The translations under genes were made by a program, and so were the position numbers. From the NCBI GenBank assembly GCA_043228905.1, contig JBHGNT010000006.1, positions 12,400,001-12,464,000 of the forward strand: a DNA stretch of 64,000 bases. Reading direction: 5' to 3'. Source of the DNA: Azolla caroliniana (lineage: Eukaryota; Plantae; Polypodiophyta). Positions 39,089 to 51,398 of this stretch are shown one piece after another. The notes under the pieces are model-generated. The model did no database searches, was not told the DNA's origin, and saw nothing but the letters and a program-made list of their open reading frames with translations. Positions within the stretch are counted from its first letter, which is position 1. Every line of letters starts with the position of its first letter.

Positions 39089-39259
39089 TTTTGAAACTTT
39101 GTGTCCATATGTAATTAAGCACCCAAGTGGTATGGAAAGTACCATTACTAGTATAGCTATATCACGGTATTGGCTTTAAAAGTTATTTATTTCTACTTCT
39201 GTGGTATAAATATCATATTAGCTAATATATTATAACTTGTGTTTGCAATCTACCAAGTG

Positions 39260-39678
39260 TGTTACCGGCCGGCAAGGAGTCCAAAATACGGAGTGAAGGA
39301 ATTAATTAAGTATGGTTGTAAATAAGCATAGTGTGGACGGACCGACTGGAAACGGTATGCCGTTCCAGATCCGGACGGATCCCGAATAGGTGCGATAGGC
39401 ACCGTTTTGTACTACGGGCCGGAAACCTATTTAAAGGCCCGGACCCCATTGTAATCGCAGCGGATAATTAATAGAGCGTATGGTGTTTATACTTCTGTGT
39501 TGATTTCCGTTCTGTACTTATTGTTATATCTTACGCGTGTAATTAACAAAAGCGCTCTAATCGTGTAACCTACTTAGGTCGGTGTAATCGTTGAGTCATA
39601 ATCCTATGCCGTAATCACCCTTTGGTGAAGTGTCTCCGTGACACCTTGTGTTAGGCCTTGTCCGGTCAGAGAATAACA
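39260..39678 (+). repeat. 5' LTR of the gypsy element
   Basis: TGTTA...TAACA, direct repeat of 61262-61680. Confidence 0.96.
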
Positions 39679-39684
39679 CAGTTT

Positions 39685-39694
39685 TGGCGACCAC
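39685..39694 (+). promoter_or_regulatory. Short PBS, probably tRNA-Arg
   Basis: TGGCGACCAC, 6 nt after the LTR, complementary to a ...GTGGTCGCCA tRNA 3' end. The Arg(UCG) assignment is from memory. Confidence 0.55.
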
Positions 39695-39729
39695 GATTCC
39701 TGCTTTCTCGCAGCGAACGACGGTAATGG

Positions 39730-41598
39730 ATGACGAGACCAACGCACGACCTGGTTACAGACCGAGCTCGACGCCTCGCCGAACGGCAAAGACGGCGTGA
39801 GACTTTCCAGCAAGCAGCGCACGAAATTCGCTCGGATCGTTCGTTCTCCAACGAGATCCGGAGAGTCGCGGAGGAATCTCTTCGGTTACAGCAAACTCGC
39901 GACCAGGACGACGGAAGCGGTCTAAGTAGTCTCCGGGAAACCGAACGCCTCCTCAAGGCGTTGGCAAGCGGAGAAAACGAGGCAGAAGCCTTTTCAGCCT
40001 ACGAATCGGATTCCGAAGGGGGATACAACGTGCACACGAACTACCGGAGCAGCAACGATACCCCCGGCGGCCCGGAGGACGACGGGTCGGATACCGTGCC
40101 AACTCCAGAACCGGAACCGTTCGACCAGGGCTATCCGGAACCGCAAACAGAAGCCGTCAACCCACCAACACCGGAAGTGGAAGAAGCAAAGCCACCGACA
40201 CCAACGAAAGAGCCGGCGAAGGTACCGGAAGAAGAGCCGGTGAAGGAACCGGAAAAAGAACCGGAAGAGGAACCGGAAAAAGCACCGGCAAAAGAACCGG
40301 AAGTGGAACCGGAGAGAAAACCGGAAAGATATCAACAAACGCCACTAAACCGCAGCCTAATACTGGACGACGACATGCCGTTCCAATACTCAAAGTATCG
40401 CGATGATCCGGACGCGGAAGCGCATGTTCATGCCTTCGAGCAGACATGGGAAGCAAATCATGCATCCCAGCGAATGACACCGGAGGAAGAAGAACGCTCG
40501 AAGATAGCGGAATTCGGGGTCACGTTGGAAGGACCAGCGGCACGATGGCGGCGGACGCAGGACCCGGCGACCATCACAACCTTTGCAGAATTAAAAGCAA
40601 AATTCTTGCATTTTTTCCACAAGGAGGTCGACCAGACGACAATGGTGGGCCTGTTTTATACGATCCGACAGGAGGCAGGGGAAAGCATTCCCCAATTCGT
40701 CATCCGTTTCCAACGAATGCATAGCCAGCTTGCCCGTGCACCCCCGGAGGAGGAATTACGGACGATATTTTTAAACGCACTCCGGGAACCGTTACGCACG
40801 GTGTGTACGGTAATCGACTTTCGAGGAAGCACCATTGACCAGGTCATTGACCGGGTCAGAGAAATGGAAAAGTCAAGCTCATGGCTTACACTGGGAACAC
40901 TGCAACGGGCGTTACCCACCGATGAAGATCTCCGGTTCCGGCAGGCAATTCAATGCACAATCTGCTTGAATGCCGGACACTCGGCAGTGGAGTGCACCAT
41001 GCGAACCCAGTGTGTGATTTGTCAATCCAAGAGTCATACAACGGACCGGTGCGAGTATAACCTGTTAAACCGACAAGCACCACCCGTCCGACGGATCGAG
41101 CCAAGAAGCAGCCGAGACGAAGATGATGATCGTTGGCAAAGAATGAACCGGTACCGACCGGCACAGGATGTCCGGTACGGAGACAGACAAGAGAATGATG
41201 GCCGGTACGGGGATCGGCATGATAACTACGACCGGTATGAGCGATCGGACCGTTATCGGGAGTCCAACAGACGACACGAGCAATACGACAGAGACCATTC
41301 CCCTGGTTACCGAAGGCACCAGGAGGACTACGGCCGATGTTACGATCCACCACGACAGGACTACCGAAATAAAAATAAGAATAATAAGAAACGTAATGTC
41401 AAGAACGGTAGTCACCCTAGGGACCCGGAACATAGAACCCCAAGGAGCCAACCGGCACAGAACGCACCACTCACTACGGGACCGACTCCGGCTACCAGCA
41501 ATGCTGAATCCAGCAATACCCGTAAAGAGTACTGCTATTACTGCAGGCAGGAAGGCCACTACAGTAACCAGTGCCCGGCAAAGAGCTACGATAAATGA
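39730..41598 (+). CDS. gag: Gypsy Gag (622 aa)
   Basis: Retrotrans_gag-like TLEGPAARW..TFAELKAKFLHFF..IRQEAGESI..F..RF, with three CCHC knuckles (CTICLNAGHSAVEC, CVICQSKSHTTDRC, CYYCRQEGHYSNQC). Confidence 0.92.
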   Translation: MTRPTHDLVTDRARRLAERQRRRETFQQAAHEIRSDRSFSNEIRRVAEESLRLQQTRDQDDGSGLSSLRETERLLKALASGENEAEAFSAYESDSEGGYNVHTNYRSSNDTPGGPEDDGSDTVPTPEPEPFDQGYPEPQTEAVNPPTPEVEEAKPPTPTKEPAKVPEEEPVKEPEKEPEEEPEKAPAKEPEVEPERKPERYQQTPLNRSLILDDDMPFQYSKYRDDPDAEAHVHAFEQTWEANHASQRMTPEEEERSKIAEFGVTLEGPAARWRRTQDPATITTFAELKAKFLHFFHKEVDQTTMVGLFYTIRQEAGESIPQFVIRFQRMHSQLARAPPEEELRTIFLNALREPLRTVCTVIDFRGSTIDQVIDRVREMEKSSSWLTLGTLQRALPTDEDLRFRQAIQCTICLNAGHSAVECTMRTQCVICQSKSHTTDRCEYNLLNRQAPPVRRIEPRSSRDEDDDRWQRMNRYRPAQDVRYGDRQENDGRYGDRHDNYDRYERSDRYRESNRRHEQYDRDHSPGYRRHQEDYGRCYDPPRQDYRNKNKNNKKRNVKNGSHPRDPEHRTPRSQPAQNAPLTTGPTPATSNAESSNTRKEYCYYCRQEGHYSNQCPAKSYDK

Positions 41599-41610
41599 CC
41601 AGCAGTTAAT

Positions 41611-44325
41611 ATGGTGGTTCCGGAAGTGGCGGATGTACAGCAAGTAACCACACGGTCGAAAGGCATGGCCAAAGAGTGGGAAACACAAGAGGCCATACGA
41701 AAACAGGCGACGGAATGGGTGAAGGAAGCCAATGAAAGGAACGTCGCGGACGCGGAATGGCAAAAGGCGAATACCATAGGGAGTGCCGGCGGTAGCCACG
41801 CAGAAAACGAGACATGGCAAGCACTGCAAGAATGTCAGATCACGTTGCCATTAGGAAGACTCTTGCAGCTCGTGCCGCGATTTACGGAAGGACTAAAAAC
41901 GGTCATGACAGACGGTATAGCCCCACCGGCACCAGTCCTCTTCTCGAATCCGGAGGAGGGACCGACAGTGGTGGACACTAGTAGTCCGGTGATTACAGCT
42001 ATTGTCAAAGGGCACGAACTTCCCGGCACAGTAATCGATGGAGGTTCCGGGGTGAACGTAATAAGCCTCCGCACGTGTGATGCCTTGGGTATACATGAAT
42101 GGGAGCCATGTCCGTTCTGGCTACGGATGGCGGATACGAGCTCTGTACGGCCGACGGGCTTAATACGGAAATTGGAAGTCACCATAGGAGGTCACACATT
42201 TCACATCTCGGCTGTCGTGCTGCAGCTACAGGCGCAAGGCGCGTACCCACTGTTGCTGGGCAGACCATGGTTGAAAACAGCACACATCAAGCAAAATTGG
42301 CGGAAAAATATGATTACCTTCCGGCGCGGAAAAGCCAAGGTCCGGGTACTGACACAAACACGGACGAGCAACGGTAAGGAATGCACACCGCTGTATGCGG
42401 AATGCGTGAATATGCTTGAAGGGTTGGCAGACGACGAAGAAGCCCAGTACTTGGACGAACACCCGAAGATCGTACCACTCTTCGAGATTGACGTAGCTGA
42501 AGCCGTAGCGCCATACTTGCCGCAGCGGGACGAAACCGAAGCCGAACCAGACAAAGATTCGATTCGGGAATTACGGCAAGCACAGGAAGCGTTGGAATGG
42601 GAAATGGCCGTTTCCCAACGGGTAAAAACATCCCAGCTCGACGAAGTGAACCTAGGAAGCAAGGACGAATCAAAGCCGGTACACATCGCCAAAGAAATGA
42701 AGCCGGAAGATAAAGCGGCGATGATCAAACTTCTCACGGAGTTTCGCGACGTATTCGCCTGGTCATACGAAGACATGCGAGGGCTGGACCCTCAATTATA
42801 TCAGCATCAGATCCACTTAGGCAAGGACGCGAAACCAGTGGCGCAAAGACGTTACCGAATGAACCCCAACTACGCCGCCAAAGTGGAGGAAATCGACAAA
42901 CTCCTAAGAGTGGGCTTCATCCGGCCGGTAAAGAAAGCGACGTGGCTGAGCCCCATCGTCGTCGTCCCAAAGAAGAACGGTAAAATCCGCGTGTGTGTAG
43001 ATTACAGGAAACTAAATGCAGCCACAATTACAGATGCATTCCCTCTTCCGTTCACGGATGGAGTACTGGATGCCGTCGCCGGCCATGAAGTTTATAGCTT
43101 TTTAGACGGGTTCAGCGGATACAATCAAATCCGGATGCACCCTGACGACCAGGAGAAGACAACGTTCGTCACCGAATGGGGGGTGTTTGTGGCCGTAGTA
43201 ATGATGTTCGGACTAAAAACGGCACCAGCAACTTTCCAGCGAATCATCATGGAGATCTTCGGTGAATACATTCCCGCCTTCATGCAGGTTTTCCTGGATG
43301 ACTTTGCAATCTATAGCCGGGAAAAAGACCTTTTGCAGCACCTACGGTTATGCCTTGAAAAGTGTAGGTTATACCGGCTAAGCTTAAACCCAGCAAAATG
43401 CATCTTTGGGGTTTCAAGTGGAATATTACTGGGACACATTGTAAGTAAGGAGGGCATTGCGGTCGACCCGGACAAAGTAAACGCGATACTAGGGGCACCG
43501 GCGCCAAAAACGGCCAAAGCACTAAGCCGATTCTTAGGACAGATCCGGTGGCACAGCCAGATGCTCCGTCACTTGGCTGACTTGGCTACACCATTACACA
43601 CCGCGGTACATCGGACACCGTTCCAATGGACGGATACGGAGGATAAGGCATACAATGCCCTGAAGGTACTTTTGTCGCAAGCACCCGTCGTGCAGCCTCC
43701 GGATTGGAGCAAGGAATTTCATGTGTTCGTTGACGCTTCCGACATCGCTATCGGCAGCGCCTTAATGCAACTTACGGAGCCTAAATGGTACCGGCCGGTA
43801 TATTACGCCAGCCGGAAGCTGTCCCAAGCGGAGAAGAACTATTCGACGACGGAACGAGAGGCCCTGGGCATGATCTACAGTGTCACAAAGTTTCGTCATT
43901 ACCTATTGGGAAGGAAGTTCTCCTTTCATGTGGATCACTCGGCGCTCCTGTACTTGGTGTCCAAGGCGTCCCTGACCGGTAAGTTGGCCCGTTGGACCTT
44001 GCTGTTGCAGGAGTTCGAATTCGAGATCTTCCACCGGCCCGGTATCCAGCATGCCGTAGCAGACTACCTGAGCCGGTTAGAGTCCGGAGAATCAGGCGAC
44101 GGAGTATCGGATGAATTCCCGGACGCAGAGTTATTCCGTATCACCCCGGAAACGGCAGCGGACGACACGGTGGCATCAGAAGATAGGTGGCTGACAAACA
44201 TGCACCAGTTCCTAAGCACGGGCCTGCCACCGGAGGAAATGAACCGGGACGAGAGGAAACGACTGGCGGTGCAGAGCCGCAATTTCTGTCTGTTACGGGA
44301 CACTCTCTACCACAAGGGAGCAGAT
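41611..44325 (+). pseudogene. pol: Gypsy pol 5' part (protease, RT, RNase H), interrupted by the inner DNA transposon
   Basis: VIDGGSGVN, RVCVDYRKLN, LDGFSGYNQI, FLDDF, VFVDASD, NYSTTEREAL, ADYLSRL. The frame is broken at HKGAD. Confidence 0.95.
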
Positions 44326-44350
44326 GGGTAAAAGCATGCGAGTGGAAACA
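44326..44350 (+). repeat. Left TIR of the inner transposon
   Basis: GGGTAAAAGCATGCGAGTGGAAACA. Confidence 0.95.
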
Positions 44351-44869
44351 CTATTATAGCTAATTAGCTACTAAAATGGCCATAGCTAATTAGCTATTTG
44401 TTTAGCTAGTCTTTCTTGTGGGAAAATCAAATATTTGAAAAACTAATTTATGAAAAAACTCAAATATTTGAACTTCTGTTTCAGACGTAGTGGAACTTGG
44501 GGAATATCACCATCATCTAAGGTCGACTTCAATGTCATCAATTTCCTGTTTAGCCTAAGTCTGATTTTGAACGCAGATGGAGTACTCAGAGCACGAACGC
44601 AGACGTAGCTCCCGCAACAACAAAAAATCGACATTGCAGATTGAGAGCTACAACACAGAACCCGCTCGATCATCGTCCAGGTATGTTTCAGTTACAGAAA
44701 CCCCAAACATTTGTTTTTTCTTTTTGACTACTGTCTGAACTTTGGTGCCGATTCATATTTCCCCAAAATCGAATAGGGCGAAGTCCTTGGAGTCCCATAC
44801 AAGGATGTCTCGCAAATCGGGGAGTAGCAACAGGTGTGTTTATATTACTTTTTTTGTGTTTAATCCTGT

Positions 44870-45285
44870 CTTTAGTGATTAGGGTTTGTGATTGAAATTT
44901 CTGATTAGGGTTTGTGATTGAAATTTCTGATTAGGGTTTTTGATTATAAATTTCTGATTAGAATTTCTGAATAGGGTTTCTGGTTACAAATTTTGATTAC
45001 AAATTAGAATTTCTGAATAGGGTTTTTGTTTATAAATTTCTGCTTAGGATTTCTGATTAGGGTTTGTGATTGAAATTTTTTATTAGGGTTTCTGATTGAA
45101 ATTTCTGATTAGGGTTTTTGATTATAAATTTCTGATTAGAATTTCTGAATAAGGTTTCTGGTTACAAACTTCTGATTACAGATTTTGATTAGGGTTTCTG
45201 ATTTCAAACTTCTGATTACAGATTTTGATTAGGGTTTCTGATTTCAAATTTCTGAATACAAATTATGATTAGGGTTTCTGATTTG
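44870..45285 (+). repeat. ~26-bp-based minisatellite rich in TTAGGGTTT, in the probable 5'-UTR intron of the cargo gene
   Basis: Repeated GATTAGGGTTT(G/T/C)TGATTGAAATTTCT between a CAG|GT at ~44833 and TTTCAG|ATG at 45389. Confidence 0.75.
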
Positions 45286-45389
45286 CTAAGTTAAAGATTT
45301 TGCACCATTTTTGTTGTTGTTGATTGGGGTTTTTGATTCTCACATATTCTGATTTTGCACTATTTCTGATTTCTGAAATGATATTTCAG

Positions 45390-48300
45390 ATGGCTCGATC
45401 CTCCGTAAACGAGAGTGCTAAACTTCGCAAAATTTTGCGAGACAAAGGAGGACTTCCACAACACCTATGGTCTGTCACTCGAGGGTGTTGACCCTGCTGT
45501 CCTAAGTGATCAATTGATCAGTGATATAGACTGGATGACAGTATATACAGTGCCTAGAGTCAAAGGCAAGGTCAAGCTGAAGCATGTACGAGCCGACTTG
45601 TACGATGACTGCATGAGACTGCACCAGAAAGTTCATCAGGAGATCCCAGTCAACAATGAGTTGTCAGTTTCATTTGCTAGAGCATTTGCATATGAGTACT
45701 GCAAAACAGCGAAGGAATCTAGAGACCCTGAAATGTATAGGGTAGCTTGGGCAGTCTATGGTGAGGCATCGGTAAAAAGATGCCGAAAGATGGGGACCTT
45801 GGCACAAAAAATAGACAGATTTTGGAGCATGGCAGCTGTTGATGCAACTGCCGACTCCCAGCAAGACCAGGGGCATACACCACACCGACACCCAAGGAAA
45901 GCCAATGTCGATGATACAGGTGAGACATTGGTTAGCTATATGCTAAAAAATGTCCATGAAGCCTGTGAGACATTGACATTTTTTAAGACTGATTTAGAGA
46001 AAGCCACAATGGCTTCTGCAATGGAGAGCAAAGTTACTTCTGCTGTTACAACAATTAGAAATAAGATTCAGGTAACTATTGTTTTGCTGGTATGTGATTG
46101 TGTTATAAATAACGGGTAAAATGTGCTAATCAAGCATTATTTGGAATAGGTTGCGCAACAGGAGCTTGAATTAGAGGGGCCACTGGATCCCCAGCGTAAA
46201 ATAGAACTACAAATAGAGATCCAGGTTCTTTCAATGAACCTGGACCTTCTAGGTGTAAATACTGTTGCAGATTACAATTTGGATAAGCTTCAAGTAAGTT
46301 AACGATTCCTGAGCAAAGTTGGTGTATCTTTCAACAACAAGAATAATTAATCGGTAAATTTCTCTGTTGCGTTGAAGGAACAATACATTCATCAAGAACA
46401 GGTAGTTAGCTGCCTTAAGAAGAAGCTACATTTTGTGGAGGGAATGGTAAGGACCAGACAGGATTTGGACCTGAACATTCTTGCTCCCTTACCAAATGAA
46501 GTAGAACCAGAAAATGATTTATTGACAGTTCAAGCACGTTGCATCGCTTGCGGGTTAGGTGTGGAGGACAAAACTGCGTCTTTGTTGGTTCACCTACAAC
46601 CATGCAACCACACATACCATCTGCTTTGTTTTCAACATGCCTGTCGAATTGCTGCATTCTGTTTGGGAGATTGCAGTACAACTCTACCAAATGAGTGGAG
46701 AAAACAAACAGGTATACCATACTGTAGCTAATAAGCTTAGTCTTTTCTAATTAGCTATCCTACTAGCTAATTAGCTACTGGCAGCTAATGAGCTACTAGC
46801 TAATTAGCTATCCTAGTAGCTAATTAGCTATGGTACTAGCTAATTAGCTAGTACCATAGTTGTGTAAAAAAGCTAAATAGCTATCCTACTAGCTAATTAG
46901 CCACTGGCAACTAATTAGCTATCCTAGTAACTAATTAGCTACTGCCATAGTTGTGTAAAGTAGCTAATAAGCTATCCTAGTAGCTAGTTAGCTATGGTAC
47001 TAGCTAATTAGCTAGTACCATAGTTGTGTAAAAAAGCTAATTAGCTATCCTACTAGCTAATTTGCTACTGGCAACTAATTAGCTATCCTACTAGCTAATT
47101 AGCTATCCTACTAGCTAATTAGCTATCATAGTAGCTAATTAGCTACTGACATAGTTGTGTAAAGTAGCTAATAAGCTATCCTAGTAGCTAGTTAGCTATG
47201 GTACTAGCTAATTAGCTAGTACCATAGTTGTGTAAAAAAGCTAATTAGCTATCCTACTAGCTAATTAGCTACTGACAACTAATTAGCTATCCTACTAGCT
47301 AATTAGCTATCCTACTAGCTAATTAGCTATCATAGTAGCTAATTAGCTACTGACATAGTTGTGTAAAGTAGCTAATAAGCTATCCTAGTAGCTAGTTAGC
47401 TATGGTACTAGCTAATTAGCTAGTACCATAGTTGTGTAAAAAAGCTAATTAGCTATCCTACTAGCTAATTAGCTACTGGCAACTAATTAGCTATCCTACT
47501 AGCTAATTAGCTATCCTACTAGCTAATTAGCTATCATAGTAGCTAATTAGCTACTGACATAGTTGTGTAAAGTAGCTAATAAGCTATCCTAGTAGCTAAT
47601 TAGCTACTGGCAGCTAATTAGCTGTCCTAGTAGCTAATAAGCTATCCTAGCTACTACATAGTTGAGAAAGTAGCTAATTAGCTTTCATTGTAGCTAATTA
47701 GCTATCCTAGCTACCACCATAGTTAGTAAAGTAGCTAATTAGCTATCCTAGCTACTACCATAGTTAGTAAAGTAGCTAATTATCTATCCTAGCTACTACC
47801 ATAGTTGAGTAAAGTAGCTAATTAGCTACCATAGTAGCTAATTAGCTATCCTAGCTACTACTATAGTTGTGTAAAGTAGCTAATAAGCTATCCTACTAGC
47901 TAATTAGCTATCCTAGTAGGTAATTAGCTATGGTACTAGCTAATTAGCTAGTACTATAGTTGTGTAAAAAAGCTAATTAGGTATCCTACTAGCTAATTAG
48001 CCACTGGCAACTAATTAGCTATCCCAGTAACTAATTAGCTACTGCCATAGTTGTGTAAAGTAGCTAATAAGCTATCCTAGTAGCTAATTAGCTACTAGCA
48101 GCTAATTAGCTATCCTAGTAGCTAATTAGCTATCCTACTAGCTAATTAGCTACTACCATAGTTGAGTAAAGTACCTAATTAGCTATCCTACTAGCTAATT
48201 AGCTACTACCATAGTTGAGTAAAGTACCTAATTAGCTATCCTACTAGCTAATTAGCTACTGGCAACTAATTAGCTATCCTAGTAGCTAATTAGCTATCCT

Positions 48301-49241
48301 ACTAGCTAATTAGCTGCTGGCAACTAATTAGCTATCCTACTAGCGAATTGGCTATCCTAGCGAATTAGCTATCCTAGTAGCTACTGCCATAGTTGTGTAA
48401 AGTAGCTAATAAGCTATCCTAGTAGCTAATTAGCTACTGGCAGCTAATTAGCTATCCTAGTAGCTAATTAGCTACTGGCAGCTAATTAGCTGTCCTAGTA
48501 GCTAATAAGCTATCCTAACTACTACCATAGTTGAGTAAAGTACCTAATTAGCTATCCTAACTACTACCATAGTTGAGTAAAGTACCTAATTAGCTATCAT
48601 ACTAGCTAATTAGCTATCGTACTAGCTAATTAGCTATCCTAGCTTCTACCATAGTTTAGTAAAGTAGCTAATTAGCTATCCTAAATAACTGTCATGTTAT
48701 TGTAGAATCTTGTGGATTAAGGACGGCACATGATGTGTCTGGTGCTGATGATGCTGCAACAGATGAGGATACTACTGCCAATGTGGCTGAAAGTAAGAGT
48801 CCTGCTATCACATCTCCTTCAGATCAGCTGCACCCTATTCTTTTGGAACAGTGTACTGAATTAGGCAACGATGTGAAATGCCATGAAATAGTGGAAACAA
48901 CATGTAAAACTGAGGTTCACAACAACAGTGTTTATGAACACTTGATGCAACATTTCTTCGAGTCTCAAGACCTTGATTCCACCCCACCGAGCCCAACTAC
49001 TGAAAATGTCCAAACAGATCCCTCTGTACTTGAAAAGCTAGTTCAAGAAACGGCTGATGTGCAATTAGCTGCTGAGGCGATGGGAAGGTTGTTGGAGGAG
49101 GACACACTTGCGCATTGGGTCCTAGAAGCAAGGCTAAATGGGGAACCAACCAGAAAAAGGCTGAAGAAGGGGCCACGATCGGGAACAAGACCAGTTACTC
49201 GGTCAAGGGGCCCAGACGTAGTGGAGCGAAATACTGTTTAG
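45390..49241 (+). CDS. Inner cargo gene: unknown N-terminal domain, coiled coil, RING finger, acidic linker
   Basis: Phase-consistent GT-AG exons 45390-46071, 46150-46293, 46378-46711 and 48706 onward. RING: CIAC...PCNHTYHLLC...CLGDC. The ATG at 45390 needs one frameshift near 45482 (GAGGGTGTT), so this copy may be damaged. Confidence 0.7.
46725..48682. repeat. Palindromic TAGCTAATTAGCTA minisatellite filling intron 46712-48705
   Basis: About 20-bp units built on a 14-bp palindrome, with ~210-bp higher-order blocks. Confidence 0.95.
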
Positions 49242-49490
49242 TTGGATATGATTGTTAGCTTAGGGATTTTGCTAGGGTTTTATGAAGTTTTACTATCCTG
49301 TTGGACAAGTAAAACCTCAGATTGGTTGTTGCTTGATCCACATTATGTAATGGAACTCTATGATGTTTTTCCAAGATAATTTGAAGAGTGTTGTTCTATG
49401 ACTGAAACTCTTTGATGTTCAGGATATTGTTTTGTGAGACTAGTAGTTACTTTGTGAGTGTGAATATGTTGGTGTTTTCTGATGTTGCAG

Positions 49491-50506
49491 AGTCTAAAGG
49501 GTTTGATTCTATTGCTCGTAAGGCCAATGGCAGTGTGGATATTGTTGATGTTGCGGCATGTTTAAAGGGCCCCATCTTGAAAGTAGATGTAGCAACTGAC
49601 ACAAGTGATCTGGTCACACAAGTTGATCAAGCATGTAGCACGGATGACTTGGTGTTGCAGGTAGATGCAGCATGTAGCACGGATGACTTGGTGTTGCAGG
49701 TAGATGCAGCATGTGATACCAGTGGACTGATATCGAGCAGAATAGTAGCTACATGCACTGAGGTAATCCAAGGATTGATAACTAAGTCGACAAAACAAGA
49801 GCACCAGAATGTGAAGCTAGGCCCAACACAGACGACTAGGGGTTTAAAGAGGAAAAGGACACCAGTTGTGTCAGCCGAACCTGAGCTGATTGAGATTGAT
49901 CGTATCCTACCAGAAAATGGTGTAACAGCGGCTCAGTTTCAGGAATGGAAACCTAAACCACTAGAAGTCGAGCGAAGAGCCTTGATCTTGGAGCTTGATA
50001 AAGTCTTGATGAGTGTGAGATATATGCAGCCAAGGAGGGATGCAAATCAGTTTCTAGAGTGGGCTGTGGAGTACTTCGATTTGTTTATTTGGAGTGAAAA
50101 ACCAAAATCAGATGTGTGGAAGTGTTTGGCAAGATTCTTCCCAAAATGGCGAAGTCGTTTTAAAGGTCAATGGGCACGAGAAAATTGTGAGCAGATGGAA
50201 GCTGCAAGATTCAAGAGGCTTTCTGATTTTTGGGCTACTTGGCCTGAATATAATGCTGACAATACATTGATTTTGGATACAGAACATTTCCGACACTACT
50301 TCAATATTCGGAGATGCTGTCTCATTCTACCCGAGGAAATGCCTGAACAGTACCTGGTGCAAACAGTGAGCTGCCAACTAGGTGCATGGTTGTGGACTCC
50401 ATACCGAGCTCAATATGCGGATAATATATGTAGACTCGTTCCACTGACTAGCAAGAGCTTAGCTGTTTATAGGAGATTTGTAGACATTTCCAATCGTAAT
50501 TTATAA
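49491..50506 (+). CDS. FCP1/NIF (HAD) phosphatase-like exon with altered catalytic motifs; probable last exon of the cargo gene
   Basis: ALILELDKVL, PRRDANQFL, FDLFIWS, WARENC, FKRL..FW, YNADNTLILDT follow the FCP1-homology pattern. Phase-1 acceptor TTGCAG at 49490. Confidence 0.7.
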
Positions 50507-50636
50507 ATATGTAAAGAGATGACATTATTCAATGAAGAATTTAATTACTTGTTCCCACTGTACTTATCTACTGTGTAATTTGAGGAATATGTTGCAGATT
50601 GTTGATTTCATTCTATTGATGACTATTTAGCTATTG

Positions 50637-51398
50637 ACAGCTAATTAGCTGCATTTGTACAGCTAATTAGCTACTGATGACTATTTCGCTATAACTTATA
50701 ACTTAAAACTTAACAAAAAAGACATGATTTTATTGAGAAAGAAGCACAGAAAGCAGACTGTATACAAGAAATTGATTCCAAACGAATTTATTGATCTGTT
50801 TTCGCGAAATACATGTTTGTTTTACAAGAGAACATGGTAAGTGCTACTTGTAGCTACAAATTCCATGGCATACTATTGTAAATACATTTGTACAGCTAAT
50901 TAGCTGCATTTGTACAGCTAATTAGCTACTGATGACTATTTCGCTATAACTTATAACTTAAAACTTAACAAAAAAGACATGATTTTATTGAGAAAGAAGC
51001 ACAGAAAGCAGACTGTATACAAGAAATTGATTCCAAACGAATTTATTGATCTGTTTTCGCGAAATACATGTTTGTTTTACAAGAGAACATGGTAAGTGCT
51101 ACTTGTAGCTACAAATTCCATGGCATACTATTGTAAATACATTTGTACAGCTAATTAGCTGCATTTGTACAGCTAATTAGCTACTGATGACTATTTCGCT
51201 ATAACTTATAACTTAAAACTTAACAAAAAAGACATGATTTTATTGAGAAAGAAGCACAGAAAGCAGACTGTATACAAGAAATTGATTCCAAACGAATTTA
51301 TTGATCTGTTTTCGCGAAATACATGTTTGTTTTACAAGAGAACATGGTAAGTGCTACTTGTAGCTACAAATTCCATGGCATACTATTGTAAATACATT
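50637..51398. repeat. 255-bp tandem repeat (3 copies) covering the transposase stop codon and 3' UTR
   Basis: TAGCTACAAATTCCATGGCATACTATTGTAAATACATT at 50851, 51106 and 51361; copies look identical. Confidence 0.93.

Noticed and set aside
39994-44303. Antisense ORFs over gag and pol
   Set aside because: They are shadow ORFs of GC-rich coding sequence with no independent signals.
44870-45285. Interstitial telomere
   Set aside because: TTAGGG motifs are single and spaced, not tandem (TTTAGGG)n.
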